Source of the DNA: Hydrolagus colliei
Taxonomy: Eukaryota
Reading direction: 5' to 3'
Assembly (NCBI GenBank): GCA_035084275.1
Contig: CM068770.1
Span: 2,604,001-2,668,000, forward strand
DNA length: 64,000 bases
Made by a program: the position numbers and the translations under genes. A model generated the notes under the pieces. That model saw only the letters and a list, made by a program, of their open reading frames with translations. It searched no databases and was not told the origin of the DNA. Positions 12,538-25,182 of the stretch are shown in pieces (positions within the stretch are counted from its first letter, which is position 1; each line of letters opens with the position of its first letter).

Positions 12538-15500
12538 CTTCAGGAGAGGAAAGGAAAGAAAAAAAGGAAACTGTTAGCAAGCAAAGCAAGCGAAGCAAGC
12601 GGCTCGGGGCCTATATAAAGTGAAAGGGCCGATATTTCAACTCAAGAGTTGAAATCTGCTGCAATTGGCTGCCGTGTTTCGCTCACAAAATCGCTTGGGT
12701 GTGTATACTGCGACGCGCTTTGAGATATCGCGAAGGCGTGTTCATGGCGCTCTGCCAAATGCAAGGATTTACTTTGATTATTCTCTTCAAGGCTGTACCT
12801 CTCGAGTCAGGTATCAGTCCGGCTCAATCGGTAGCGCTGTCTCCTCTGAGTCAGAAGGTTCAAGCTCGGAGGAAAAGATTGTCCGAAGATGGGGACATCG
12901 TTGCAGCTGCTGTCAATTGACGATAGAGAAGTGACCAATTTTATTATTGCGTGCGGAGTAAGGAAACGCGCCCAAGCTTTCGCCCTGGAATTTGTGACAC
13001 CTTCAGTTTGCCTTCTCCTAGAACGGATCCATCAAACAGCTGATAAAACAGGGCAAAAGTTTCACTTGAAATTCTTGGTGGCAACTTGGACTTCAAACCT
13101 CTGAGTCTGGTGATTTCCATCAGAGTCTATTTGGTTTGTGTCCAAGAATAACCTTTCCGTTGCCAGCTCCTTTCCCTTTGCTATCTCTTCTTGTATGCAA
13201 ACGTCTATCAAATTGTGTCGCAAGCCTGTCCGAGAATGCGTTCACGTTAACTGAATGAATAGTGCATTGAGCTAAGATCACAAGTTTGGTTCGGATGCAG
13301 AAGATCCTTTAGCCCTTCATCCCCATCGCAATTCAAACTAGTTTTAAAAATGAGTCCCTGTGTCTTGAGTTGAACCAACCGTTCCTGCCAACAACGTTAC
13401 GGGCAGTAATTACCCTCTGAGTAAAGATAAACTTCCTGAAATTTGATATAACTGTTCTCAGTCACAGATGCAACCAAGCAGAAAGAAAGAAATGGAGGAG
13501 GAGTCCATAATATTGGGGTCAAAAAAACAGCATTCACAAACTGTATGTCACTGAGTTAATTCAGTTCAATTCCAATTCAGTTTGTGTTCCTGGCTGCTCA
13601 GGGTGAAACCTTGGGCAAGTTTCCTTACTCCACACTCAAGAATAAAATTGGTCACTTCAATCAATTGCTGCGCACAATTGGCTGCCGTGTTTCGCCCACA
13701 AGTATACAGTCGGTTTACTTTACGGTAGATTCTGAGAAGTGGCTTTGCGACGTCTAGAAGACTTGAAAAGCGCCCTATCAAACGCAAGGATTATTGTCAT
13801 CGTTAATGGTGCAAATGAACCAATGCGGGCCATGGGTGCCCATTTGCCCCTATTGCTTTTTCATCTCCCATTACCCTCAGCGAACCTGAAGCGTTAAAGC
13901 CAGTAAAACTCACCAGAGTGCCTCATGGTTCTGATCTATATTAGACTTTATGTCTGCCAGAACGTCTCTAGACTTGCTATGTCTTTCAATAAAAATCAAA
14001 CCCTCTATCTCAGTCCTATTTCTCAGAATCATCATGGGCCCGGCATTAATGGGAATCAATAATATCTTTTGTACGGAGAAACCGAGCAAGTTCTCTGTAT
14101 TTTTTACTCTCCAGGGCTCGCCACGTTGGAATAATAGGCTTGTTTGGAGCCTTGACCTCTCCTCCCAACACTGCTCTTGTGTAAACAGCTTACAATGAAA
14201 ACATTTATCTGGCTTTCTTTTTAAAGCAAATAACATGAGCTACCCATCCTCCCACTGGGGGGATGGTGCGTGATGGACAGAGAAGGAGAGAGAGAGAGAG
14301 AGTGAAAGTAAAGAAAAGAAAAAAATACTAGGGAGAAATATAAATATATTAGGATTTAGCATAATAAAATCTTACAATACAATAATAATCATTTTTGGTC
14401 GGCTAGGCATCTGACACATGCGGAAAAACTAACCCCATGATTAAGAGGAATCTAACAATAATAATCCTCGCATTCGATATCGTGTTTTTCACATCTTCTA
14501 GACGCCTCAAAGCGCTCCACAGAACATACTGTGAAGTGAAATGACTGTGTATTTGTGGGCGAAACGCAGAAGTCAATTGCGCGCGGCAGCGTCCCACAAA
14601 CAGTCGTGGATCGAAGTGATCCGTTTTTAAAAAATCAAATAGAGTTCCATGTATTCCACCTGTTTATTGGAATGGAGCGCACACTCTCTCCCTGGAGGGA
14701 GGCATCCCTTACTTAATTCCAGAGATTATTATTAGACAGGTTAGCAGGAGCTCAGGTCTGGGGAACCCGCAGAGTGTGCTTTGCTGGAGTCTAACTAGCT
14801 AAATCTGTATAGCTTGCCAGTTGAATCTGTCTGGCAGGCTTTCCTACTGCCACTTTCCTACTAGAGAGACCACCCTCTCTACCTGTTAGGGCTTTGGCTG
14901 TACTCTGATGTACCACTAACAAACATGTCATCTTGGTTCCAAGTTCATCTTATCTCTCTCTCCTTGTATTTGATGACGCCCTATAAACATTGAGAAGATG
15001 GCTTTGGTGAATTGACTGTATATTTTGTGGGCGAAATCCATGACATGAGATCTACACGCAGAGAATCTGCTTCCATGGATATCTCAAATAATCAGCCAGC
15101 CAGGAAGCCAGATCCATAACCTGGTTCTTTCCTGATCAAGATTAAATGCTTGAAATTGGCAATCTTTCTCTCTCTCTCTCTCTCTCTCTTTGGAAAGATG
15201 GATTCTTAAACGTAAAGGTTCCAAACCCTTGGCTTCCTAACTGAGGGTTGGAATTTCCAGCTGGTCCCCGGAAGAGAAGGACATCGGTTACATCAGGGGC
15301 TAAATGACTCCGAGAGCTAAATGGCTGAATTGGCCGCCGCAATATCAATACACAATAAAACTGCCAGCCCCACGAGTGTTGCTAATGGAAGAGAAATACT
15401 GATCATGAAAATCCAACGAAAGCTATTTCCTCCCAATTGATACATGTCCCGCTTATTGCTTTCAGACTACATTATTCAGAACTGTTACAGGAGCCAGTTA

Positions 15501-16028
15501 ATCTGATTAATTGGCCCAATTCTCCTCCAGTGGAGAACACATCCCCTATATCTATTGCAGAATGTATGGGGTAAGAAATAATTGCCGCTGTGATTCAGCG
15601 CGGCATTTGCAATGAAACCGATTTGACTAAACCTTCTGTACACCATACGCAAATCTCCAGCAGAAACAGCAATTAATCAGATAGGATTGGGTCAATAACC
15701 TCGCACGTGTTATTGTGAACTCCTGCTGAAGGGCAGGCTGAATACGCAAGGGGCTGCTTATGCCATCAATTACTTGGTTGGCCTACAAAAAATGCCCCTC
15801 ATTGACCGCGTTTCGGTCATCTTCCTCCTTCCCCCAACCATCAAGTGTATTGTGACTGTTTTTCTAGGCCAATGTGGTAGGTAAACAACACCACAAACAA
15901 CCATACATTGAATGACTGATCGATCGATCAATCGGGTGTGGGGTGGGATTGCTGGCCAGGACATAGGAGAAACAAGCTTCTCTACAGAACAAGCAGGCGT
16001 GGGACCTCAGTTTGACGTCTCACTTTGT

Positions 16029-16346
16029 GGAGCTCCTGTAGCTCAGTGGTTAGAGCGCTCGCCTTACAAGTGTGAGACCTATGTTCGAATCCAGGCAGGT
16101 CAGGGCGAAACCTTGGGCAAGTTTCCTTACTCCACACGCCTAATAATAATCCCTCAAAAAAAAACACAATAATAAAATTTGTCATTTCAATCCTCGACTG
16201 TTTGTGGGGGACGCTGCTGTGCGCAATTGACAGCCGTGTTTCACCCACAAAATATACAGTCAATTCACTTTACAGTCTATTCTGTGAAGCGCTTTGAGAC
16301 GTTTAGAAGATGTGAAAAGCGCCGTATCAAATGCAAGGATTATTAT
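16029..16346 (+). mobile_element. Full-length tRNA-derived Deu-type SINE (representative of roughly 45 copies or fragments in the window)
   Basis: A box TAGCTCAGTGG, B box GTTCGAATCC, core gctgtgcgcaattg(g)ctgccgcgtttc, L2-like tail tgtgaagcgctttgagac...aaatgcaagg(att)n. Confidence 0.88.
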
Positions 16347-17741
16347 CTCCACTGAAACGACGGCATCTCAAACAAAGCGACAGCAAAACGACATTGGCTA
16401 TAGCGCCTTTCACGTTGGGAGGACATCCCAAGCAAAGCAGTGCTTTCCCTGGATTGTCAAGCCCGGCCTGAGAGCCTGAATCCTCTCGTAGACCTTCCGT
16501 TCCAAGCCTACATTTGTCTGAAATAAATGAAAGGATTGCTATTTGCAATCGTGGATTTCCGTGTGGAAACGCTAATGCGGACTCGGAAGGGTTAATTTAA
16601 TACCCTGCCCTGGTATTAAGGTCACATTGGAGGCCAGTGCCCTCGTGGGTAGGGAGAGGTCCCAGCTGGGAATAGCAGCTGGGCGCTTGCCTGTGTTCAC
16701 AATGGCACGTTGCGTGGGTTCTAGCAGGTGAATAAACTCAGGCAAACTCTGAGGTCCACACGCCTTGTGTCTGACCAACCTGCAACCTGACCTCTCTGGG
16801 TTATCAGGCGATCAGGATTGCGTCCGTCTGCGGACAGAGGGAGAGGGGAACGCTAAAGAGCGAACCAAACGAAACCACGCGTGTGGGAGGAATTCCCACG
16901 TCCCTTTTCCAGCGTCGAGGCTGTGGCTCTCGAGGCCATCAGCAAAGCTCACTGCTGAGCCACACAACCTGAAGCAGCTGGAAACAGACGTTGCGGAAAG
17001 CGCAGCCTGTGGCCAGTTCGATTACGTGGAGTGGAGTGGAGGGGCTGAAACCTCGTACAGTGTGTAGTGTGGAGCTCACAGGCATGAGCTCCACAGTCTG
17101 ACAGCTCCAGCGAGCAGTCACACAGCTGTGCCAAGTCAAAGCAGGCAGGCTGGAAAGACTAAACAGCGTAACTGGCGTTGTGTGCAAAGGGGGAAAAGAC
17201 AAGACACGAGAGACTAGAATTGAAGACAATCCTTTCCAGAGCCTTATATCAGTTGTTTTCCTATATTTTCCATATATCTCTAGATACAGTCTATACACAG
17301 AAAGAGGGTGAACCGCGGTGAGTACAAGTTCGTGGCAGTTCCAGAAGTGGCACTCGTAGGAAATGTGCTACACTATTGAAAGCATTTCAAAGCATTTTGC
17401 GAGCGAGACTGTTGATGTGATTTATTTGATGATTGCACGGCATACAGTTCTACCCAACAGTTATTATTTTTGCACACGCAAAGACACACACACACACACA
17501 AATGACATAACATTCATTCCCCCTCCTCCTCTCTCCCCTCCAAAAAAAGAGGTCATTTTTAAAAAAAAAACACAAAAGACAAGCGGAGAAAAACAGCTGA
17601 ACGTGCAGATGTTCAGTTGAGAGTTAGTTGGTTCAGTTAGATCACACACTTCCTGGTCTTTCACTTCTCCACTCGACCCACTCTGCCTGCGGTAACTGAC
17701 ACACCAGAGAAACAGAAACAGCTGAGTTTGGAAACAGTAAT

Positions 17742-17832
17742 GGGAGAGAGGGAGGGAGGGAGGGAGAGAGGGAGGGAGGGAGGGAGGGAGAGAGGGAGGG
17801 AGGGAGGGAGAGAGGGAGGGAGGGAGGGAGGG
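17742..17832 (+). repeat. (GGGA)n microsatellite
   Basis: Direct reading. Confidence 0.9.
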
Positions 17833-18348
17833 CGAATTTTTTGGTCGAAAGAAATAAGTCAATTTCAATTGATCGGAACGATTGCCGGCACCGGGGACTC
17901 CCAACTGCGGATCTTAAAAGCGTCCGATTTTCCATTTGGCTTTGAGATGGAACCGTTGAAAGATATGAAGTATTTCAACCGGAACATGGAATCCTTACGC
18001 TCTCCCCCGACCAGTCCCGTGAATGACAAAAATGACATACCGTGATACACTTCCGTATACATTGCCAATACAATAATTTGGAGCCCTTAAACACCCCCCC
18101 CCCCCCCCCCCCCACCCATCCCCCCACCCCCACCCATCCCCCCACCTGCTCACACACTGAATGTAAATTGGATTTGTTTCCTTACTCCGCACACATGCCT
18201 AACAAATAACAATATGACACTGAGAGGTGTCATTTTGCTCACGAAACGCACGGTCCATTCACTCTGACGCGGTGAGGCGCCTGTGCGTGGGACGCCTCCG
18301 GGAGGCGCGGAGCGGCTGCCGTATCCAATGTCGAACGGAAGGGTCCAG

Positions 18349-18602
18349 GCGCGCGATGCGAAAGTTACCACAGGTGGCTCAATCCACGACAGTTTCCGCG
18401 CGCGATGCGAAAGTTACGACAGGTGGCTCAATCCACGACTGTTTCCGCGCGCGATGCGGAAGTTACGACAGGTGGCTCAATCCACGACTGTTTCCGCGCG
18501 CGATGCGAAAGTTACGACAGGTGGCTCAATCCACGACTGTTTCCGCGCGCGATGCGGAAGTTACGACAGGTGGCTCAATCCACGACTGTTTCCGCGCGCG
18601 AT
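18349..18602 (+). repeat. 49-bp minisatellite, 5 copies
   Basis: Unit atgcg(a/g)aagttacgacaggtggctcaatccacgactgtttccgcgcgcg starting at 18356, 18405, 18454, 18503, 18552. Confidence 0.95.
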
Positions 18603-18955
18603 TGTCTGCCCGCGCTGTCCTGACGCCGACAAATAAACGACGCGCAGTGGACCTGCTTCGATGGTTGAAAGCGTCTCAAACGACATTATTACCGTTGTGC
18701 GCAACCGGCCGCCCGCCGCGTTTCGCCCACAAGTACAAGACGCTCAGTTCGCAGTATACTCCGTGAAGCGCTTTGAGGCACGGTCCAGAAGACGCGACAA
18801 AACGCTATCTCAAATGCAAGGATTCTTATTATATTCTTATCATTCACCGTGATCACTATTGCGTCGGGGATATTATTATCATGACGAGAGAGTATTGCAC
18901 GGAAGACAAACAAGGAGACCGCAAACAAACAAACCGAAGAAGTGATTGAATTCAC

Positions 18956-19577
18956 CTTTGAATTTTTCCAGGGCTGCCATATTGACGTGTGTCCCACTGA
19001 CTCCACACCTGGAGGTGACGTTGGCTGACGCGGACGTCGCCTCTGGCGGCCTGGGCTGAGAGGCGCTTCTGCGGCTTATAACGTGGGCTGCCCTCGGCTC
19101 GGTCACTCGGCCCGGCGCCTTTGCCACCGGCTGGATGAGATACTGGGAGCCGTTCAGACCGAACGCCCCCTGCATCCCGTCGCACAGGCTGAAAGCTGCG
19201 TAGGAGGACGGGTCTTGGTTGACTGAGCCAGAGTAGAAGCAGTGACCGATGCTCTCTCCCCAGGCTGGTTCGGGGGACGGAGACAGGGATTGCATGGTGA
19301 AAGAGGTCCCCAAGAAACTGGCATCGGGCACCAAATCCAAGTAAAACTCCTGGTTGAAAGCCGCGACCTTGTATACCATTCTCTGCTCCTGGTTGACATC
19401 TTCTAGGCTTGCCCGGAGAAAGTATCTCCTCTCCCCTCCAGGCTCCACGTCCAGGCGAATTGGATGGACCAACTGAGTGTGACTCTGGCTGTGTGTGTGT
19501 GTCTCCTGACTGACTCCAACCTTGCACAGCGTTAGCAGAAGCACATCCATCATCAGGATGGAGTGAAACCTGGCCAT
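18956..19577 (-). CDS. ADAMTS15: ADAMTS15 coding exon 1 (signal peptide and prodomain)
   Basis: ATG at 19577 in strong context (acgATGg). Hydrophobic leader, then ADAMTS prodomain motifs (AFNQEFYLDLVPDASFL, CFYSGSVN, SLCDGMQGAF, SRCGV). Ends at phase-1 donor AAAG|GTGAAT (18956/18955). Confidence 0.93.
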
Positions 19578-19737
19578 CGTTTGCTGTAGCTTTTTCTTTC
19601 TTTTTTTTTAATGAATGGGTTGAATGGATTGGGTTGGATTGAATGGATGCAATGATAATATTATTAATAATAATTTTAAAAAATTCTGGTGCATTCAAAC
19701 AAAAGGTAAATCCAGAAATGCTATTTTTTTTTACCCC

Positions 19738-19876
19738 NNNNNNNNNNNNNNNNNNNNNNNNNNNNNNNNNNNNNNNNNNNNNNNNNNNNNNNNNNNNNNN
19801 NNNNNNNNNNNNNNNNNNNNNNNNNNNNNNNNNNNNNNNNNNNNNNNNNNNNNNNNNNNNNNNNNNNNNNNNNNNN
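19738..19876. other. Assembly gap (139 N) in the ADAMTS15 5' leader
   Basis: Run of N. Confidence 1.
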
Positions 19877-20039
19877 TTTCTCTCTCACACTCACTCACTC
19901 ACTCCCCTCCCTCTCTCTCTCTCTCTCTCTCTGTGTCAGTGGTATGTGGGACTCTGTAATGTGTGATCCACACTGCCCATTGCAGGCTTATTCACACTGT
20001 ACCTGGCTGTTGGCTTGTGGCTGAGATGTGAGCTGGGGC

Positions 20040-20140
20040 TTTTTATACATTCTGTCATGTGTAAACACTGCTGCAAATCGCTCTGTGGTACCTCCTAGGA
20101 AAATGCTTATTGGACGCTTTTTCATTTTAATGTGACGTTT
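20040..20140 (-). promoter_or_regulatory. Candidate ADAMTS15 core promoter
   Basis: Minus-strand TATAAAAA (20047-20040), FOX-type TGTAAACA (about 20060-20067), CCAAT (20113-20109) and CRE-like TGACGT (20133-20138), about 470 bp upstream of the ATG. Confidence 0.55.
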
Positions 20141-20771
20141 GGACCACTTAGAATCAGATCTCTCCCCCACTCTTTCTCTCCCCCCCACCCCCCTCTCTCC
20201 CCCAGCCTCATCTCTCCCAACTCTGGTGAGAGAGGGGCTAGAGATAGGGGTATGATAGACAATGATGAGGTGGGAGGGGGGGGGGGGGGAAATATGTATG
20301 TGTATTCAGGAGGCAGAGGGGGTCAGTATAATACATTTTAGTTTTAAACAGTCACACGCCCCCCTCTCTGTGTGAGAACTATGAGAGACATGTTTTAATC
20401 AGAAAGTCTGCAAAAGAGTGTAAAGATACAAATATATATAGATATACACAAATAAAGGCGAGGTATTTTTCCTGGGCAAAAAAAATACAATTCAAAGTTC
20501 ATTTAAAAATCGCTAACTATGCTATGTCAATTAAAAACTAATGTGATTTTAGGAAACTTTAATCAATAAATAACTCAATGAATTAATCAATGAATTAATC
20601 AATCTCCCCTTTGATTTTTTTCTGCTCTCTTGATATATATTAGTCAGTCAGTTGGTGTCTCTTTTTTATGATTAAGATCATACAAGGAGTTTTCTCCTTG
20701 TATGATCTACTTGGATTCTACCGCGTTGCATTCAGTTAGTCACAGATTGCTTCCAGAGCTTGCAGTGATTT

Positions 20772-20806
<35 letters not shown>

Positions 20807-23800
20807 AGACTTTCGTGTGTGAGGTTGTTTGCAATGATCCTGTTGATGTTAACACAGTTACCTTGCAGTCTTGAGTATGCAAGATTCGCTCCACTAATGT
20901 ACACGGTGGGTTTTGTGAGTGAGTGAGTGTGTGTGTCTGTCACAGGGTGTGTAAGTGTGTCCCTGTCTGTGTGTAAGTGTGTGACCATCAGTCTCTGTGT
21001 GTGTCTGTCTCAGTCTGTGTGTGTCTATTAGTGTGTGTGTGTGTGTGTCTTTCACAGTCAGTGTGTGTGTGTGTGTCTTTCACAGTCAGTGTGTGTGTGT
21101 ATCAGTGTGTGTGTCTTTTAGTGTGTATGTGTGTATATCAGTGTGTGTCTGTCTCAGTCTCTGTGTGTGTGTGTGTGTTTTGCTTTGAAACAGAAGACAG
21201 ACACAGCACACTGTTTCTGATGGCGTTACCCTCTTGTCTGTACAGCAATATATTCCAGCATTAGTGTCTTAATTAAGTCTATTCTCTGACACCAGGTTCC
21301 TTGACCCTGCTTATTTATCTTCCAATAATGACCCCCTTCTTCCAGAAGCACCCCCCCACACACACACACACACACACCCCACACACACACTGGACTGAGT
21401 TTAGATGGGACAATCTAAACCTGGTCTGATTTTATTCAGACACATTAGCACCAATACAGACAGCTAAATACTGTACAGTACAGATTATTGAGGCTCACAG
21501 ATTCATTACAGCTTTAAGGCTAAATGTAGGGTCCACGTTGGTTCAGTAAACACACAGTCTCCTCAGCTAAGCCATTGCTTAATACTGTATCTGTTGGTCC
21601 ATTAATATACACCTGACCTCCTGACATTCATATTGTTGCTTTCACAACCACAATGAGCAACGTGTTCTCTACCTGTGTATCTTGTAAAGGGTATGTGTGT
21701 GGTAAATGGGGGAGGAGGGAGAGGTGGGGTGGGGAGGGGGTGGTGGTGGGGGCAGTATAAAGGTATTTGTACAGTACAGGAATGAAGGTTTCTCGAGGAA
21801 GCGTTAGCCAGAATAAAAAGCAATGAGAGCAAGCCGTTTCGTCCACTTTTCCTCGACTTAAGCAAACGGCCCGCCATCGCTTCTCATCGCCAAACGACGA
21901 GCAGACTCGCTTTATAAAGGTGCATCTTGTAAGACACAATCATTGGTGGGGGGTCACAAAAAATACGCCGTGGTTTAATTTACATTAGCAGGTGTGTGTG
22001 TGTAGGTTTGCACGTGTAAGTGTGCGAGTGTGGGGAAGGGAAGAGGGGGGTGGAGGGTTAATTATCTTAGCCAATATATTTCTGTCTCGCTGTTGAAAGA
22101 TTGCTAACTGTGTCTAGCCAGTTGTTTTGCTATTTGATGGACAACAGCGCCACCCGTTCGCTGGCGCTGGATGGAGTAGTGCAGGAGTTCTCAAACGCGA
22201 GGCTCAAACATCCTGATTTGACAATGAAACACACAAGCGATGTGCCTGTAACGTGACGGTATCACAGTGAGCAGGACACTGGTCGAAGGGATAGGTTGTA
22301 AGGTGGGATTTCAAGACAGAGCGAGCGAGACAATTGGTAGAGGGAGGGGGGTACAGGAGGCAAAATATGAATAATAATAATAATCCTTGCATTTAATATA
22401 TCACCTTACCGCATCGCCTCACAGCGCTTCACGTGATTGTATATTGAGGGGTGTATTCACTGTGTATTTTGTGGATGAAATTTAGATAGTGTCACAGGGA
22501 TCTTTAACACAGACCTGGGCAGGCAGACGGGGACCCGAGTTTAAAAGGGATTGACCCACAAGGAGCGGAGTGTTTTGCTTATATAAAAAAAAATCTATTA
22601 CATTAAGAATTAAATATATTCAACCGAAGTGTTTCGGTCAACGGAAATAATTGAGGCTTCGAGTGGCATGATACAGTATTGAACGATTGCGAAGTCACCC
22701 TCCAGAATAAGCCAAACAAAAACAAGTGTCCTGATTTCAGGCTTTAATTCGTTCACCCCTTGATCAGTTAATACAATCGAACGTGGTAAAGGGCAGGCAA
22801 ATACTGTTCTGGTTTTTCCGATTTTCCATCGGTGTTTTACACAGATCCTCCCGTACCAGACGCTCTTTTATCCGAAGACGAGCGTGTAAGTGAAACAAGT
22901 ATTTACAAAGTTGCGAGAGAAAAAAAGGGGCCAGCGGGTCTCTCGAGCAATTGCTCCTGGTGTGTGTAGAGTGTAGAGTAAATAATACCAATAACAATAA
23001 TCCTTGCATTTGATGTAGCGCTTTTCACGTCATATCGACGCCTCAAAGCGCGTCACCAGAATCTACCGCAAAGTGAATTGACCGTATATTTGCGGGCGAA
23101 ACGCGGGAGCCGATTGCGCACGGCAGCGTCCCCCCCACAAACAGCCGCGATAGTTTCGTCATTTCGAGGAAAGCAACGACAACAACTTGCATTTAGATAG
23201 CGCCCTTCATGCAGGGTAGCGTCATGGAGTGCTGGATGATAGACGATAAGAAAAAAAAAAGCATTCAACAATGTGCATCTGTAAAGATGCACTAAACGCC
23301 TGCGAGATATTGACAGCCAGATGCGTCTTAAGTCACAGCGACAAGTGAAGCCAGGGTCCAGTTGTCAGGAGTTTGTTGTATTTGTAGGAAAATCACAACT
23401 TAACTCCGCCGAGTCTGTGACTTTGGCTTTTCTTGAATGTTGAGTATTATTGGCAATTATTGGCAATTTTATTTGTGGTGGTGGTGGGGTGGGGGGTGGT
23501 GGGGTGGGGGGGAAATCAATAATTAATTGGTGTAAACATTAGCCATGGGAATCCATCAAATGTCAGGAGAGTTTGCTCCGCCAATAAAAACCGTCCATCC
23601 TATCCTCCGCTCTTTCCATTTGCTATCTAATATCTTCCACCTGTGCATCTGCAATTCCCTTTTCTAAATGACCCCACAATCTTTTTATAGATACTTCACA
23701 GTCCTTTCCTACCCGAAGCCTTTCTATCCAGAGGTCTTTTTGGCCTTCAAGAAGGAATGAGATGAACGCTTCAAAGAATCTGCTGCAGGGTATGCGAGGA

Positions 23801-24077
23801 AAGCCGGAAAGGTGACTGGCACTTAAAAGGATTGTTGAGCGAGGGAGCCAGCACGGATATGATGGGCTAACTGGCCTTCTTCAATGTTCTGAGTGTCTTT
23901 GGTTCCTAGGGAAGAGAGCTGCCAACTGAGACAAGCTGCCAGAGTGTAAACATCAGAAGACAACTGCCATTGATTCCCATAGACACCCCTGTGCGCAATT
24001 GGCTGCCGCGTTGCGCCTACAAATATACGCTCAGTTCAGTTTGCAGTATATTCTGTGAGGCGCTTTGAGACGTCCCT

Positions 24078-24530
24078 CACCTAGGCATTCATCGCGTCAA
24101 GGCCCGACTACGCAAATTCCCCCCTCGTCGGCCTTCCCAGCTCTTCCCTACAGATCATCCAGAACTCGTGTCCTCACCCTCTCCAGGCTCCGCGACCGCC
24201 ATCACTCCCACCCCGCATTGCCTCCCCATCCACCAGAGGATTGAATTCAACATCCTCGTCCTCACTCTCAAGGCCTTGCCCCCTCCTATCTCTCCCGACC
24301 CGCTGACTCCCTATCAGCCCGTCCGTTCAACAGGCTCCGGTCTGCTCCACGTCCCCCGCCCGACCCACCCTACCATCGGTGGCCGGGCTATCAGCCTCTC
24401 TGCCCCTACACTCTGGAAATCCATCCAAAGGTCCCTTCACCTCGCTTCCTCCCTTGCCGCCTTCAAGGCCGATCTCCGGACCCTGCTTTTCGATCATGCC
24501 TTCAGCTGCCCTGTCCCCCTTCTGCCTCCC
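24078..24530 (+). mobile_element. L2-clade LINE 3' fragment (degenerate ORF2 end)
   Basis: HCLPIHQRIEFNILVLTLKAL...GGRAISLSAPTLWKSI...FKADLRTLLF is typical of the L2 ORF2 C-terminus. Confidence 0.8.
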
Positions 24531-24630
24531 CTCACCCCTAACCCTCCCCTCACCCCCTAACCCTCCCCTCACCCCCTAACCCTCCCCTCACCCCCTAACC
24601 CTCCCCTCACCCCCTAACCCTCCCCTCCCC
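24527..24630 (+). repeat. 19-bp minisatellite (ccctcaccccctaaccctc)n, about 5 copies
   Basis: Direct reading; contains CCCTAACCC. Confidence 0.9.
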
Positions 24631-25182
24631 CTTACTCAGGTCCCGATCCCTGTCTGTCAGGACGTCCTCAAATGCAAGGATCATTATTGTCCTGATTATT
24701 ATTATTACACCTGTTTAAATACCTACTCTCGACGCGAACCTCGCTTCTCCAATCAGACTCTCCACAACACTGAGGAACTTCAACCACAAAATCAAATTGC
24801 ACTAATTCACTTAAACTCAAGAAATTCCTCTCGTGTGAATCAGTTCACTTGTTAGCGATAATGCTTTTGTTTCTGTCAACAACAGTCGGTTTGGCAGGAA
24901 TTCACGTTTCGGAAACAGATGTGGTGTGTGGCTCGCGCCGAACTCAGGAATGCAATTAACCGAATGGAATTCAAAACTTCTAAGAGGCCGATATGTACTA
25001 TTATTACAAAAGTATATCTTAATAAATTCTAAACACAGATCGGCCGGAGGAAAACACGCTTGTCGGAATGATGACATGCGCATGCCATTCGAAAGAACTA
25101 TTCTCTTTTGAGAACGGCATGTTCTCAGCTGCAAGATCCTCACTCTTATGTTTAAATCTCTCCGCTCCTCTCTGAACTCCCC

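Noticed and set aside
16029-16100. tRNA gene
   Set aside because: A and B boxes are present but no acceptor stem closes, and the sequence continues into the SINE body seen dozens of times.
18349-18602. CRISPR-like array
   Set aside because: Units are head-to-tail with no unique spacers, there are no cas genes, and the context is a vertebrate intron.
18952-19698. 248-aa overlapping ORF on ADAMTS15 exon 1
   Set aside because: Starts at TTG, is a shifted frame of a GC-rich exon, and has no recognisable motif.
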